DNA from: Ginglymostoma cirratum
Taxonomy: Eukaryota
Length of the DNA stretch: 64,000 bases
NCBI GenBank assembly: GCA_024137785.1
Contig: JAHRHZ010000271.1
Coordinates: 23,113,915 to 23,177,914, forward strand
Direction of reading: 5' to 3'
Of the stretch, positions 28,301 through 40,450 are shown one piece after another. Numbering within the stretch: position 1 is the first letter of the stretch; each line of letters starts with the position of its first letter. Position numbers and translations under genes: made by a program. A model generated the notes under the pieces. The model had not been told where the DNA came from. It saw only the letters and a list, made by a program, of their open reading frames with translations, and did not search any database.

Positions 28301-30234
28301 GATTTTGGACACATACTGTGACTATTTTGATTTCTCAGTCTGGATGATATGTTTTGAAGTTTAAAGAGGGCGAAAACAATGGTATAAAATCCATCCAACG
28401 CCACTGTTAGGAACTGAATTTGACGAATACATCCAAAAACCGCGCAAAACTATTAATTCATCCAATCTTCCAGTATCTGGATCATCAAAGATCAGATGTA
28501 TGATCAAAAAGCAGGTTCGGACCCTATGGAAATCCTGATGTGTGGACCTGCCTGGGATATTGTTGGAAACTTAGCACAGTTCTGATGTAATTACTTGGTT
28601 AGGTACCTAGTCTAACTTGTGGAAAGCGCACAACTGATCCTCCAAAAGCTGACACTCATCCCTCCTGAACCATCCCAGCTTCCATCCCATTCACCAAACA
28701 TGCTATAACCCTTGCTGCGTGTCACTCTGTCCTCCGCCTCATCTACAGTACCCGTTTCCCACTTATCTGTCCTGTCTACCCGTCCTTCCGCCTAACTCAT
28801 TTACTCATTCATCCATTCAACAGTTCACAAACTTTCAAACTGGACTTTAAAATGACCAAATAGTAGCTGGTGCCACGTGATTGTCATTCAGGTGACAACA
28901 GCTGGATTCGTGTGCGGTCTTCCCCACATTCCACTACAACTGATCTCTCCAAGACATGTGCCCGGCATTCCTGGGGATCCTGGGCTTGAAACACGCAAGA
29001 GGGAAAGTTTGAGGGGTGTAGCAATTTGATTATGTGCCACTAATCAAAACAGCTGGGCAATTAAATCTTTATCTAAATTTGATTTTGTGGTGTAGCCTGA
29101 TTATGCAGTAGTCTTGCTAGAACCATAGAATTTTACAGTACGGAAGGAGCCCATTAGACCTGTTGTGTGCAGACTGGCTCCAGAAAGAGCTACGCAGCTA
29201 GTCCCACTCTCCAGCCCTATCTCTGTAGTGCTCTATCTTCATCACTTTATTAATTATTATCATACACACTTTTGTAGCTATAAATAAGTATTGATTTAAA
29301 CTGAGATTGCCTCCTGTACAAGATCTCTCATCACATGGCTTTGGGGTGGTTCATGACTTCTTCTGTCACTGTTACTTTAATGTAAACCCTAAACATATGT
29401 AAGTATGTAACCTCACCCTAAGTGTCTTACTGATCAGACAGGCATGTGTGATTTTGAAAATTATGAGCCAGCTTTTGTGCTTAGCAGTAAAGAAACAGTG
29501 TTCACCATTCACAGTGCCAACAGCTGTCAACAGAAGATTTTGCTGATCTTTAAACTGACAGTTGCTGCCATTGTGCTAATAATCCAATCCATTGCCATTT
29601 TCAACTGATCTGTGATCAGGCCAAGCAACAGCAAAACCCTACAATCAATCAAACTCAACATTCTGTACCGATGCTCACAGACTTTAAACCAGGACTTGTA
29701 AGTTAGTTTAAAATTATACTCAGAAAAGAAAATAAAGTTCTGGAAAGAAAGATGCAACTGGGAGAGATCAGAGAGATGGGCGCAATTTAAATTCTGAAAG
29801 AATGAAATGCTGCACTTGTAAAATTACACCTTTGAGGGCCTTTTGTGCTGACAATAATTAAGTAATCACACCATGAAAATTCATTCACACCTGACTGCTC
29901 AAGCCTGGCATTATATGCTGTATTCACTGAGTGACTGGTCAGTAGTGGTACAACTTAGGTATAGAAATATTAAGGTTCTGTTAGAGAGGTAGCAAAGTAA
30001 TAAAGGCACAAATTAACTTTGAATACAATTTGTGTATGCTTGTGTTTAACTCTGCATGTGCGTATTCCTATCTGATTCACTTCATAATGATAATGATGAA
30101 TAATATTCGCATCATCATTACTATTGGTGCAACGTCTGGTTTATTTTCACTCTTAACATTAATTTCGCCTATTCTCTCTGTATTCACAAACAGTAGAATC
30201 AACAATATTAGTTTAACCATTGCTACCTTGGTAC

Positions 30235-30497
30235 TGGAACCCAGCCATCACCTTCTTCATTCATTACCTTCATCAGCGATGCACAGTAGCAGCATGACTT
30301 CTACTATCTAGAAGGGCAAAGGTAACAGATGTATGGGAGCGCACCATTAGCTGAAAGGTCCCCTCAAAGCCCTATATCATCCAGAGTTGGGCATGTCCCA
30401 AGGCAGCCACTTTCTGCCACCTCCTCCAGGGCAGTCAGAATTGAGCAGTAAACACTGACCTAACCAGTGATGTCCACATCCCATGAACAAATAAAAC
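30235..30497 (+). mobile_element. LINE family 1, 3' tail
   Basis: CACAGTAGCAGCATG..CTATCTAGAAGG...CCAGTGATGTCCACATCCCATGAACAAATAAAA, similar to 2120-2480. Confidence 0.6.
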
Positions 30498-30745
30498 ATA
30501 ACTCCTAAACAAACCAGGAACATAAACACCACATTGTATCACTTGATCAGATAACTTAAAGGACGCATTTTCCTGCTGTTTACCCTAAAAACGAGCAGTG
30601 TCTCTGAAATTTGTTGATTCTCTCCAATCTCAAGGACATTATGACATTGCCTGTGCCGGGTATTTACAATTATGACGTTTTGATTGCTTGTTGAGAACAA
30701 CAGCCTGATGGTCCTACTCTGCCATAAGATTCTGACCTATCTATT

Positions 30746-30763
30746 CTCGCCATCTACTGGCCA
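30746..30763 (-). promoter_or_regulatory. Candidate CTCF binding site
   Basis: Minus strand TGGCCAGTAGATGGCGAG matches the CTCF core CCASYAGRKGGCR in non-repetitive intron sequence. Confidence 0.5.
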
Positions 30764-33700
30764 TCTAGCTGACAGTGATTTGACACACACTGCTATGTTT
30801 GTGCTTCCAGGACTTCACTGTGCATAAGAATGAAGCAAATGCTGGTTCTAGATTTAGGAGGTGGGAGAGTTATATACTGAAATATAATTATATTCTAAGT
30901 TATAATGGAAAACCACTGCATATAATTAGTGCAGACTAGGCTCTGTCTATTGTAGGTACGACCAAGATTTACCTTCCTTCCTGTCGATCCCCCATATGAA
31001 ACTATCAGGAATTTTTCATAGCAAAATAGAAGGTGCAGAGATGGTTCTGGCAAATACAATGGACAGAATTTAACACCCTCCCCATGACCAGTTTGGTGAT
31101 TTGGGGGTGGGATGTTTAATTGGGTAATGTCTCCAAATTGGAAAATGTATCCAAAAGATTAACAAAATGTAAGATTTATCTAAAAAAACCACTCAGTATG
31201 AATTGTCCTTTTAACTACAGTTGGGGTAGTTGATGCATCATTGTTGGCCATTCAGTACTATTTTTAGAAAAAGTCTTTTAAGCAGTTACGTTTTCAAAGA
31301 GAAGATTCAAAAATAAATATGAAAGACAAAATATTGCATTGTTTTTAATTGCATTATGTATCTCTGGAGACAAAACAAAGTCAATAGCTCTTTTATATTT
31401 TTACCATATCGAGGTGTGATGGCTAGATTTTCATGTCCTTATAGGAATGGGTTAGGGATGGGCTATGTAAGCGTGGTATGGAGGGAGCATGATGTCTTAC
31501 CATGTACCTCCCCCTGCTATTTTTTTTTTAATCAATGGCTGTGTCGGGGTGTGGGGTTGTCTTGACTATGCTTGGACGAATTACTAAACACTTGATGCCA
31601 CTACCTGCTGACTCTGATGGTATAACTGCTTAAAAACAGGAAAAGATTTGCCACACAAGAAGGCAGACTCAGGATGTTGAGGACAGCGTGTCCTTACCAG
31701 CCAGGCAGCCTGCGTCCAGTGTAAGAACGCAAACACCCCAAAGCTGGAGTGGATGACCTCTAGCTTGAACCACCCCATCTCCCGAGTGCTGAATTTCATC
31801 CCTACTCATGAGGCCTGCCCAACTGGCCCTGACAAAGCCCTCTGTTTTGTTCAAGTCCAGTCCCCATTATTGTTCCTGCTCAAGAACTGACTATAGCCGC
31901 TGCAGCTAGAACTGGAGCTAGAAGTGTTACCTGTCCAATTGGCAACTCTTGGAGATAGGACATCCTCTGCCATGGGGCAGAAGCACATGATTGCATTTTG
32001 TCTCCCTAGGCTGCACAGGCTAGGTTCTGCATCCCTGACATTATAGCTACTGAATGGAATCTCCCCCAATTCAACGTCAAAAAGCTGTGTGATAATATTA
32101 GGTTAGTCCATTGTCATTATGAAGTGCAAGGTGTGCTTTGAATACAATTAAGGGGATAACTATTGTATGATTCTTAATTAAGAGTCCTCCGTAAATGGGA
32201 GGAATGCAACACATTTCCCAGTAAATGTTGATTCACAGTACAAAATGGGGCATTATTTAACATTATTTATATTCCACTTAGAGTGTTTGTGTAAAGCTGG
32301 CTGCTGTAGGAAATTGAAGCTACTTGATGTATAAAGGGGATAATACATTTTTATTACTCCCAGAGGATCAGTCTACTAATACAAAACAATAAATTACAAG
32401 CAACCTATGTACCTTGTCCCTTCTGTTGTAAAAATGATCTGCTATTCTATTTATACATTTGGTTTTATTTACTGGCAGTTTTTAAATGCATAACCTTTCT
32501 TAAAATGTTTTTTATTGTTTTTTTTCTACAGTTCCTTCCTTCACTCCCTTCCCTGAAGCATCTTGCTTTCATCTTTTGTTAACTTAACAATCATGTCCCA
32601 GTGTGTGAAACTTCGAATTGCAACTTGTAAGACAACCACAGTTTTCCAAGGCCAAAAATCATGTCTTTACATATGCTTGGCATTTAAGTTGACCTTTTTT
32701 TTTTTAATTGGGCAAGGCATACTATCCTCATGAGTGGATGGCCTCAGTTTTTCACCCCACAAATGCTTCTTGGTATCGCTATAACTGGATCAAGGGATCA
32801 AACAAGCAATATAAACTGTATAGCAAAGATGTTTGGACATTTAAGACTCTCACACTAGATGCTGTAGATCCAGTGGATGAAGATAACATTTCAAAATGCT
32901 GACCATCTACACCTGGCTGTACACTTCTTTTATGTACAGAGATTATAAGTTGATTGCCATTTCAAAAGGGAATTTGAGGCCTTAAAAATCAACTTACACG
33001 CTGAAATCTATGGTTCCTAAAACGATTTGAAGGAACTCTGCTTGACCATATCTGTGTTATCCCAGCACTGTTGAGGCCTAATTTTGCCACTTAAACTGAC
33101 CTCAAACATTATGGATTATTGTGTTTTTGAATATGTTCTAGATTTGTTTGTGCTGATGTACTCTGCTTTAAGTGTTATCATAATTTGCATTTTTCTGGTT
33201 AATTGATCCCATTTTTTAAAGCTGTAGCAAAATGGATTTGGAAATGTTGCTATCACACAGAACAATTTTATGAGGTGACTTAAAAGTTCTGTTACACAAT
33301 ATATCCAAATCTCAGCTTAGTACCTAATATACTGCAAAACCTAGCTAGCAGTGCAAACTGCAGCTACAACTTGCACTAAATTGAACAACAAAGCAATTCC
33401 TTGCATCGTAATTTTTCATCTTTATAAGAATCGTAAATGATTCCTGCTTTCTTCCAATATTAAGAAGATATTTTAGATTATGCAAAACTCCAAGAATTCA
33501 TTTTGTGTCTGGATAACATAAAATATGTTTTGTGCCAGCGACACAATTGTGCAAATCCAAAATACTTTAAGACTAACTACTAGAGAGGGCAAAACACCTC
33601 TTGCCTTACTCTGATCAGTGACTTCCCTTTTGCAGCTTTTAATATGGGCTGATACTTATTAAAAACTACATTGCCAAGACAATTGCACTATATAATAGAA

Positions 33701-34180
33701 TTGCAAGAAATGTATCTCTCATCAGAATGCGTTCAAATGCACAACATGTCTATTTGTGGTACTGTTAAAGATGTGGTTTAGTATTTTTATTTTAAAACTC
33801 AGTGACAATATTATGCTATCCTTAACACATTAACAGTACAAAATGATTTTGTTTCTGATTAATATTGTCACTAATCTTGATGAAAGCGCAAAATTTCACC
33901 TTTCTAAGAAGTTAATCAGTATTGTCACTAATCCACAATTATTTAAGCTAAAAACAATAATTTGCAACTTAGCTCTTAATTTCTTAATGTTTTACATGCT
34001 TTTAAAGTATCCAGTATTGATGTCTGATTTTTAAGTGGTTTTCACTTTTGATTTTATGATTAGTGAGAAAGTATCATTTTTCTTTTCAATGTTCATCCAA
34101 GATTTATTGCAAATTTCCCTATGTATTGCATTAACCAAAAAGTAACTTGATTTCTTTGTTTTTTTTCTCTTCCACTCCAG

Positions 34181-34615
34181 GGTGATAAGTTCAAAAGGAA
34201 TCAGCAAGCCCCCTCCAATAGCCAATATTGACAAAATCAACTCGAATAGCTTGGATTCTGCAACCTCAGGACATGTCTCTATGACTAGTAATGTTGCCAA
34301 TGAAACTGTAACCAAAACCCCAGATGTCCAAGCAACTGGAATCAGTTTGGCTCCATGTTTAACACCTAGTCCTGCCCCTGTTCTTAATGTAAATTCTAGT
34401 ACCTTTAGTCAGGGGCTTGGTCTAGTTAGCAATTTCACAAGCAACAAGGAAGGTCTAATGTACCCTAAACTTAGTAGCCTGCATACCAGCATGGAATCAT
34501 TGGATCTTCCATTGAGTGTTCCTTGTTCATTCTCTGCGAGTGGTACACTTTCAAGAGAGGAGGATCACAGTGGGCTCACATGGACTGGGAGTTCTAGATT
34601 CTCACAAATGGAGAG
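34181..34615 (+). CDS. NAV1: NAV1 coding exon B (435 nt, phase 2 to phase 2)
   Basis: Long U-rich tract and CCAG acceptor end at 34180; donor is AG|GTACGT. Encodes KPPPIANIDKINSNSLD...CLTPSPAPVLNVNSSTFSQGL...MYPKLSSLHTSMESL...LTWTGS, close to recalled NAV1 (CFTPSPAPILNINSASFSQGL; MYPKLSGLHRSMESL). Phase joins exon A. Confidence 0.95.
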
Positions 34616-35514
34616 GTACGTCAGTGATTTGAATAAGATTGATTTAGCTGTATGGAACTGGATACAATAAGACAGTATCATTGGCAGCTTTAAGGGTGGT
34701 TAACACTAATTCAGTTCAGGTAATTCTTTTAGATCCTAAGATCGATTTAATAGAGTATTGAATCATTTTGCATTGCTGAATTAAGATATGTTTATGGCTA
34801 TTTGAAAATGTGAAATAACTCCAAAGATTTGAACTACAAATGATTTCTTCAGCCCTCAGCAGATGAAATCCTGAGTTGTCATTTTAGTCAAATATACTCT
34901 TTAAGTAGTCAATCAGGATAGGGGATGATTTGCCTGAACTCTGGAACAAAGGGTTTGGAGGATGGCAGATCCATTGTGCAATCTGTGGACTCTGCCCATG
35001 TGTGTGCAAGTGTTGCATGAAGGGGAGGGTAGATGGATGGTTTGCATCCTCGTGCTCCCTCCGATGTCTTGACTTCATGTATGCATGGTTCTGATGAAGT
35101 CATTCTGTGCTATTCTGAACGAGTCTTCTCCATTTTCGAGAATCATAAAGCAGGGTCTCCTGAAGTTGGCGGATTTGCATGATCTTCTCATGGATGTCTT
35201 GAGGACAACTCTAAAGTATTTCTGATGTCCTTCTGGCATTGCCTGCTAAAATTGAATTCCATGGCAGAGCAATTACTTTGGGGGTATTATCAGAGCTATG
35301 AATAATATGTCTGAACCAGTGGAGCTGGTTTTGTTTGATGAGCATCTCAGTGATTAGCAAGCTGAATTGGCTAGGGATGCTGCCATTGGACCAGCATTTT
35401 TGTCACTGGGTGTGCAAGATTCTGTAAAGGCACTGCACTTGATACTTCCCCAGTGCTTTTGAAGTGCATGCTGTAGGTTGTCCAAGCCTTCAGACCATAC
35501 AGGGATCACAGCTG

Positions 35515-35747
35515 AAAACAAAAAATGTCGGAGATCACAGGGCTTAGGCAGCATCCGTGGACAGAAAGCAAGCTATTGTTTTGAATCGAGATGATTCTTC
35601 ATCAGAGCTCCAACTCTGATGAAGAGTCACCTGGACTTGAAATGTTAGCTCGCTTTCTGTCCGTGGATGCTGTCTGACCCACCGCGATCCCCAAGCATTT
35701 TTTTTTATTTTCAGTTCAAATTCCAGCATCTATAGTAATTTTGCTCC
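35515..35747. mobile_element. Fold-back Penelope-like element with two opposed hammerhead cores
   Basis: 17-bp TSD TACAGGGATCACAGCTG at 35498-35514 and 35748-35764. Inverted arms are centred near 35610, with CTGATGA on both strands. Confidence 0.8.
35616..35646 (+). ncRNA. Minimal type I hammerhead ribozyme-like motif
   Basis: CTGATGA-A-GAGTC(ACCTG)GACTT-GAAA-TGTT. The conserved core and stem II are present; stem I is weak (AACT/AGCT). Confidence 0.6.
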
Positions 35748-36227
35748 TACAGGGATCACAGCTGCCTGGTAAACCATCAACTTAGTCTCCGAATTGAGTT
35801 CTTTCTCAAATGCAAATGCAAATAGGGCAAAATAATCTATGAAAATATATCTGTATACTTTCAACATTTTTCATTCATCAAAGCATGAAGAATTTTAAGT
35901 GCAGTCACTTTACCGTATATAATTACTAATACTTTATATTCTTAAAATACAATATTGTAAAAAGATTTGGGATCAGTATTTCCCATTTGTGTATTTTTAA
36001 AGTGGAAAAACCATGCTGCACTTTTAACAGGAAAATCTAATCGAGTATGACTAAATGAATTGTATCTTTGCTTAAAGACCAAGTTAGCTTCTCAACATCT
36101 AACATTTATTATAAGACTCTCTATTTGTTGTGATGAATATTCTCCCTAACTATTTTAGTATGGTGAAAATATATTTAGACAGCACATGATTATGGTTCCT
36201 TTTACAAGATATGCAGCTACCTTTTAA

Positions 36228-36510
36228 AAATTCATTCATAGCATGAAGGCATTCTTGGCTGGGCCGGCAGTTATTGCCCATCCTTAATTGCCCTTGAAAA
36301 TGCTAGTGATCTGCCTTCTTGAACCATTGGCAATCCAAACAGGGTAGATACACCCATCTACCACTGCCAGTAGCAGTGAAAGAATGGCAATATGGTTCCA
36401 AATCAAAATGATACATGGCTTGGAGAGAAGCTAACAGATTGTGGCATTCCCATACATATGCTGCCCTGATCCTTCTGGTGGTCAAGATTGCAAGTTTGGA
36501 TGCAGCGGTC
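36228..36510 (-). mobile_element. LINE family 1, 3' tail
   Basis: TTCATTCAT...GGCTGGGCCGGCAGTTATTGCCCATCCTTAATTGCCCTTGA is the reverse complement of the family tail. Confidence 0.65.
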
Positions 36511-37298
36511 AAAGGAATAACAAAGGAGGTGGACTAGAACTTGCAGTATAAGGCAGCTATCAAATTGTCATCCTACTCCTGCTATGTAACACTGTGCTTT
36601 CCTTATACCCTACAAATCTTTGCTGAAATAGTATTTATTCAATACTATGCTGACAAGATAAAACAGAGTTTGTGTGCTTCTCTTAGTACCAAATACACGT
36701 TAAAATACAAAGTCTGTGAACGTAGACAAAGTTTATCCTTGAAGGAATAGATCACAAGTACTTCATGCTTCTGTTCTTTAATTCCAAAATGCCTATTGTG
36801 TATTTGAATAAAAAAGCAGAAATCATTTTCTATGAAAAATGCTCAGAGTCTTGAGTCAAAGACAACTTCTTACACATCTTAGTCATTTAGGATTCCACCT
36901 AACTTTTTTTAATTTGAAAAAAGGTTTAACATTCCCTTCTTCGGGTTTAAAAACTTGCAATCAGTATAGAAAATTTCAAAATCTTTCTTAGCGGGACCAC
37001 AATCTTTCAACAATTATCTTGTCACACCCAAGTAGTTAAATAGTTACATAAGTATGACTGGTGGAGCAGTCCAGAACTGCACACTGCCGTATGCAGTATT
37101 TTGTATAAAGATGCCATCAAAGTGAAGAAATGACAAATTGCCTAGAAAGCTCAATTATTCATAAAGTAAAGCCCAAAATAGAGATTTGTGTTTTCCCAGT
37201 TTAAAGCTGTTGTTCCTTTGACAGCATCCATTTGCCATAGTTTTGCGTCAACTTTTATAGCATTGCATTCTGTTGGAAAGCCAAGAATATTTGTGGAT

Positions 37299-37397
37299 TT
37301 TCTGAAGAAGGGTCCAGACCTGAAACGTCAGCTTTCCTGCTCCTGTGATGCTGCTTGGCCTGCTGTGTTCATCCGGCTCTACACCTTGTTATCTTCT
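37299..37397 (+). mobile_element. Single-arm Penelope-like element
   Basis: 11-bp TSD TATTTGTGGAT at 37288-37298 and 37398-37408. Same family as 39661 and 47974. Confidence 0.8.
37302..37329 (+). ncRNA. Minimal hammerhead ribozyme-like motif with intact core
   Basis: CTGAAGA-A-GGGTC(CA)GACCT-GAAA-CGTC, with the ACGU palindrome and a GUC triplet. The 5' strand of stem I appears lost. Confidence 0.6.
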
Positions 37398-38370
37398 TAT
37401 TTGTGGATGCGGCTTTTGATAGCTGAATATCAGTTTAAGAAGATTTATAATCAAAATTCAGACATTGATTTAATTTTATTCGCTGACAACATATATTGGT
37501 GCATGACGTTAGCAATTGAAATATGAATTGCAATTCTGGCATCTGAAGCACTATCTCCTTGCAATTGAAGATCACTGTATATGTGACCTTTGGTATTCAC
37601 ACTTAGCCTCGTTAATATTCAGCATCATTTTATTAATGAGCTTGCATCTTGAGACATCTTTCTAAGCAAAGAGCCCCAAAGCAGCAGTTCTTAGATGTGC
37701 TGTGTTTGTTGATGTTTTATTTCTAACATCTGCATGTAATTGAAAATCTCTTTAAATTTAGATAACAAGGCCCAATCATGATTCAAATCTAAATCAGGTA
37801 AAATCATGAGAAGACTTCTAGCAGTGGTCAGGGCTGTTGAAGCTGAATCAAGACCAGTAAACTTCCCAAATATCTATATATTCCATTAAAGTGTGAATGA
37901 ATTCAATCTGCTCGCTACAGTTCTGTAAAATTTTAATTTGTAAATTTGTAAAATGTCCTGCAAAATTTTAAAATGTACAGAAAAGGGCAAATATAAGCAT
38001 GTTAACATTGAAGTGCTATTTTCTATGTTGCTTTCTCTCTCAAAATATTTTCTGCCTGGCTGATTGATAGGAGACTCGTATTTTAATTTATCACCGTTTG
38101 TACCAGTTAGCTCTTGGAGCTATGTTTTCTAAGTGCTCTAATTTTCTCTAATATAGGATGACATCCTTCAAGTGCAGGCATACATCCAGGTGGAACATAT
38201 TTAGTTGTTTACTTGTAGATAGACAAAGTAGCATCTCCAAGTAAACGTGGCTTTATAACAGAATGAAATGTTGCGATAGTTGTTGGATAACTGTGACAAG
38301 TAGATGCAGTTGAATAAATAACCACTCTAAACTGGGGAAATACAAGTCTATCTTCAGGTAAAAATGGGCT

Positions 38371-38512
38371 TGCTGGAAATCCCAAAACAGAAGCAGAAAT
38401 TGTTGAAGAAACTCAGCAGGTTTGGCAGCATCTGTGGTGAGAAAGCAGAGTTAACATTTTGAGCCCAGTAAACCTTCAGAATTTCTGGTTTTTTTGTTCT
38501 CGTTTGGGATTT
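38371..38512 (-). mobile_element. Penelope-like remnant with inverted ends
   Basis: CTCAGCAGGTTTGGCAGCATCTGTGG..GAAAGCAGAGTTAAC resembles the 44682 copy; inverted ends AAATCCCAAA and TTTGGGATTT. Confidence 0.55.
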
Positions 38513-38684
38513 GCTTTTAATTAATCTCCTTTCACTGCACACTGCTATTAATGCAAGCTTTGGCTTATGCCACTAGTTTGGTGTTAATGGTTGCATTTAT
38601 GCACGTTATAGCATGCACTAGTTTCAAAGGTAGTAAAATTGAACTTAACAAGACAAAGCCCTTGGGATTGGAGTCTGAGTACAG

Positions 38685-38967
38685 TTAACTAGAGGGCATA
38701 GGTTTAAGATGAGAGGGAAAGATTTACAAGGGACCTGAGGGGCCACTTTTTCACGTGCATGTTTGCAATGAGGTGCCAGAGGAAGTGGTGGAAGCAGGTA
38801 CAGTTACAACCTTAAAAGGCATCTGGATGGGTACTTGAATAGGAAGGGTTTAGAGAAATATGGGCCAAATGCGGGCAAATGTGACCAGATTAATTTAGGA
38901 TATCTAGTCGGCATGGATCAGTTGGATCAAAGAGTCTGTTTCCATTCTGTGCATTTTTGTGACTCTG
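38685..38967 (+). mobile_element. CR1/HER1-like LINE 3' end (short related tail at ~13268-13405)
   Basis: ACTAGAGGGCATAGGTTTAAG (TRGH.FK motif) through GATATGGGCCAAATGC-like sequence to TCTGTTTCC...TGACTCT. Confidence 0.75.
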
Positions 38968-39169
38968 TAACTAAATGATAATGCCAGTAGGCCTACACAT
39001 TAAAGGAACATGAATGCAGCTGTCAAAATCAAGTGCAATGCTACTTCTCAGAACTTGAAAAGCGGTAAAAACAAAATTGCTTATGCGTTCTGTAGGTTTC
39101 TTTGCCAAAACGTTGTTTTTGAGGTATTCTGTAGGTTTTGAAGTTTTTAGTGACGTACCTTTCTAACGT

Positions 39170-39373
39170 CAAATAATGTTGATCTTGTAATGTTGATCTT
39201 GCTTTGTGCACCTCCTGTATAGTGTAGCCTGTATACCTCACTCTGCCTAAGCATCCGGTGCTCTGCATGTCCTTGCGTACTATGATGTGCCTGTACTGCT
39301 CACAAACAGTGCTTTTCACTGTACTTAGGTACACCTGACTACAATAAATCAAATCAAGTCTAAATCAAATCAA
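39170..39373 (+). mobile_element. LINE 3' end with an (AAATC)n tail, possibly Rex1/Babar-like
   Basis: CTTTTCACTGTACTTAGGTACAC...ACAATAAATCAAATCAAGTCTAAATCAAATCAA. Confidence 0.5.
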
Positions 39374-39660
39374 TTCTTCAAACTCAATGTTTAGAATTAG
39401 GGTAGGTCTTTGTTCCTAGATGCTGATTTTCTCTCACTCCAGCTTTCATGTCATCTCCCTTTCTGTTAACTCCATCACTTGTGGCATACATTTTTACTCC
39501 CGTCATTGCTACTCTCTGAAGCTCACTTGTCAAACGTGAATGATTCTTCCAAACCCAACCCTTTGACCAAATGTTTGCTCATTTAACTCCTTCCTGTCTC
39601 AGCATTTATCCTTCATATTCCCAAAGAAACATGCCATGGAACATAGTTTAGGTTCTGGTT

Positions 39661-39865
39661 CAAGGTGTAGAGCTGGATGAACACAGCAGGCCAAGCAGCA
39701 TCAGAGGAGCAGGAAAGCTGACGTTTCAGACCTGGGCCCTTCTTAAGGGTCCAGGCCCGAAACGTCAGCTTTCCTGCTCCTCTGATGCTGCTTAGCCTGC
39801 TGTGTTCATCCAGCTCTACACCTTGTTATCTCAGATTCTCCAGCATCTGCAGTTCCTACTATGTC
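39661..39865 (+). mobile_element. Fold-back Penelope-like element (about 81-bp inverted arms plus tail)
   Basis: Arms at 39661-39741 and 39745-39825, then the tail TTATCTCAGATTCTCCAGCATCTGCAGTTCCTACTATGTC. TSD TTA(G/A)GTTCTGGTT at 39648-39660 and 39866-39878. Confidence 0.85.
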
Positions 39866-39889
39866 TTAAGTTCTGGTTTGTACTCTTTT

Positions 39890-40450
39890 TATTTGTCTAT
39901 TTATTCATGGAATGTGGGCATCAGTTTGCCCTTAAGAATGTAATCGTGAGCTGCCTTCTTGAACCATTGTTATTCATATGATATTAATGCATCCATATAA
40001 GGTAAAGAATTCCAGGATTTTAACCCAATGTTGGGAAGTATGGCAAGATGACTTCAAGTCAGTTATAGTGTGTTCTTATGTGCTTGCTGCACTTGTTCTT
40101 CTCAACAGTAGAGGTCACGGGCTTGGAAGGTGTTGTTGAAGAAGTCTCCGTGAATTATTTGTAGTGTATCTTGCAGACTACTGATACTCTGTGACTGTGC
40201 TGGAGAGAATTGAAAGTTCAAAGGATTGGATCGAGTGCCAGTCAGGTAGGCTGCCTACTCTGGATGATGTTTTTTTGGATGATTTTCAAGCTGCACTCTT
40301 GAACTGGAGTGTATTCAGTCACAATCTTGAGTTTGTGGACTGACTTTTGGGAGTCAGGAGGTGAGAGATTCACTGCAGGGTTCTAAACCTCTGACCTGCT
40401 TTTATATCCACAGTATTTGTGTGGTTGGTCCATTTTAGCTTCTGATCAAT
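39890..40450 (-). mobile_element. LINE family 1, 3' fragment
   Basis: Collinear with 19925-20520, e.g. GAGCTGCCTTCTTGAACC and GGAGTCAGGAGGTGAG...CTCTGACCTGCT. Confidence 0.65.

Noticed and set aside
39661-39825. miRNA precursor or classical MITE
   Set aside because: It is multi-copy, with variable-length TSDs, an asymmetric tail and a hammerhead-like core at the axis, which fits Penelope-like retrotransposition better.
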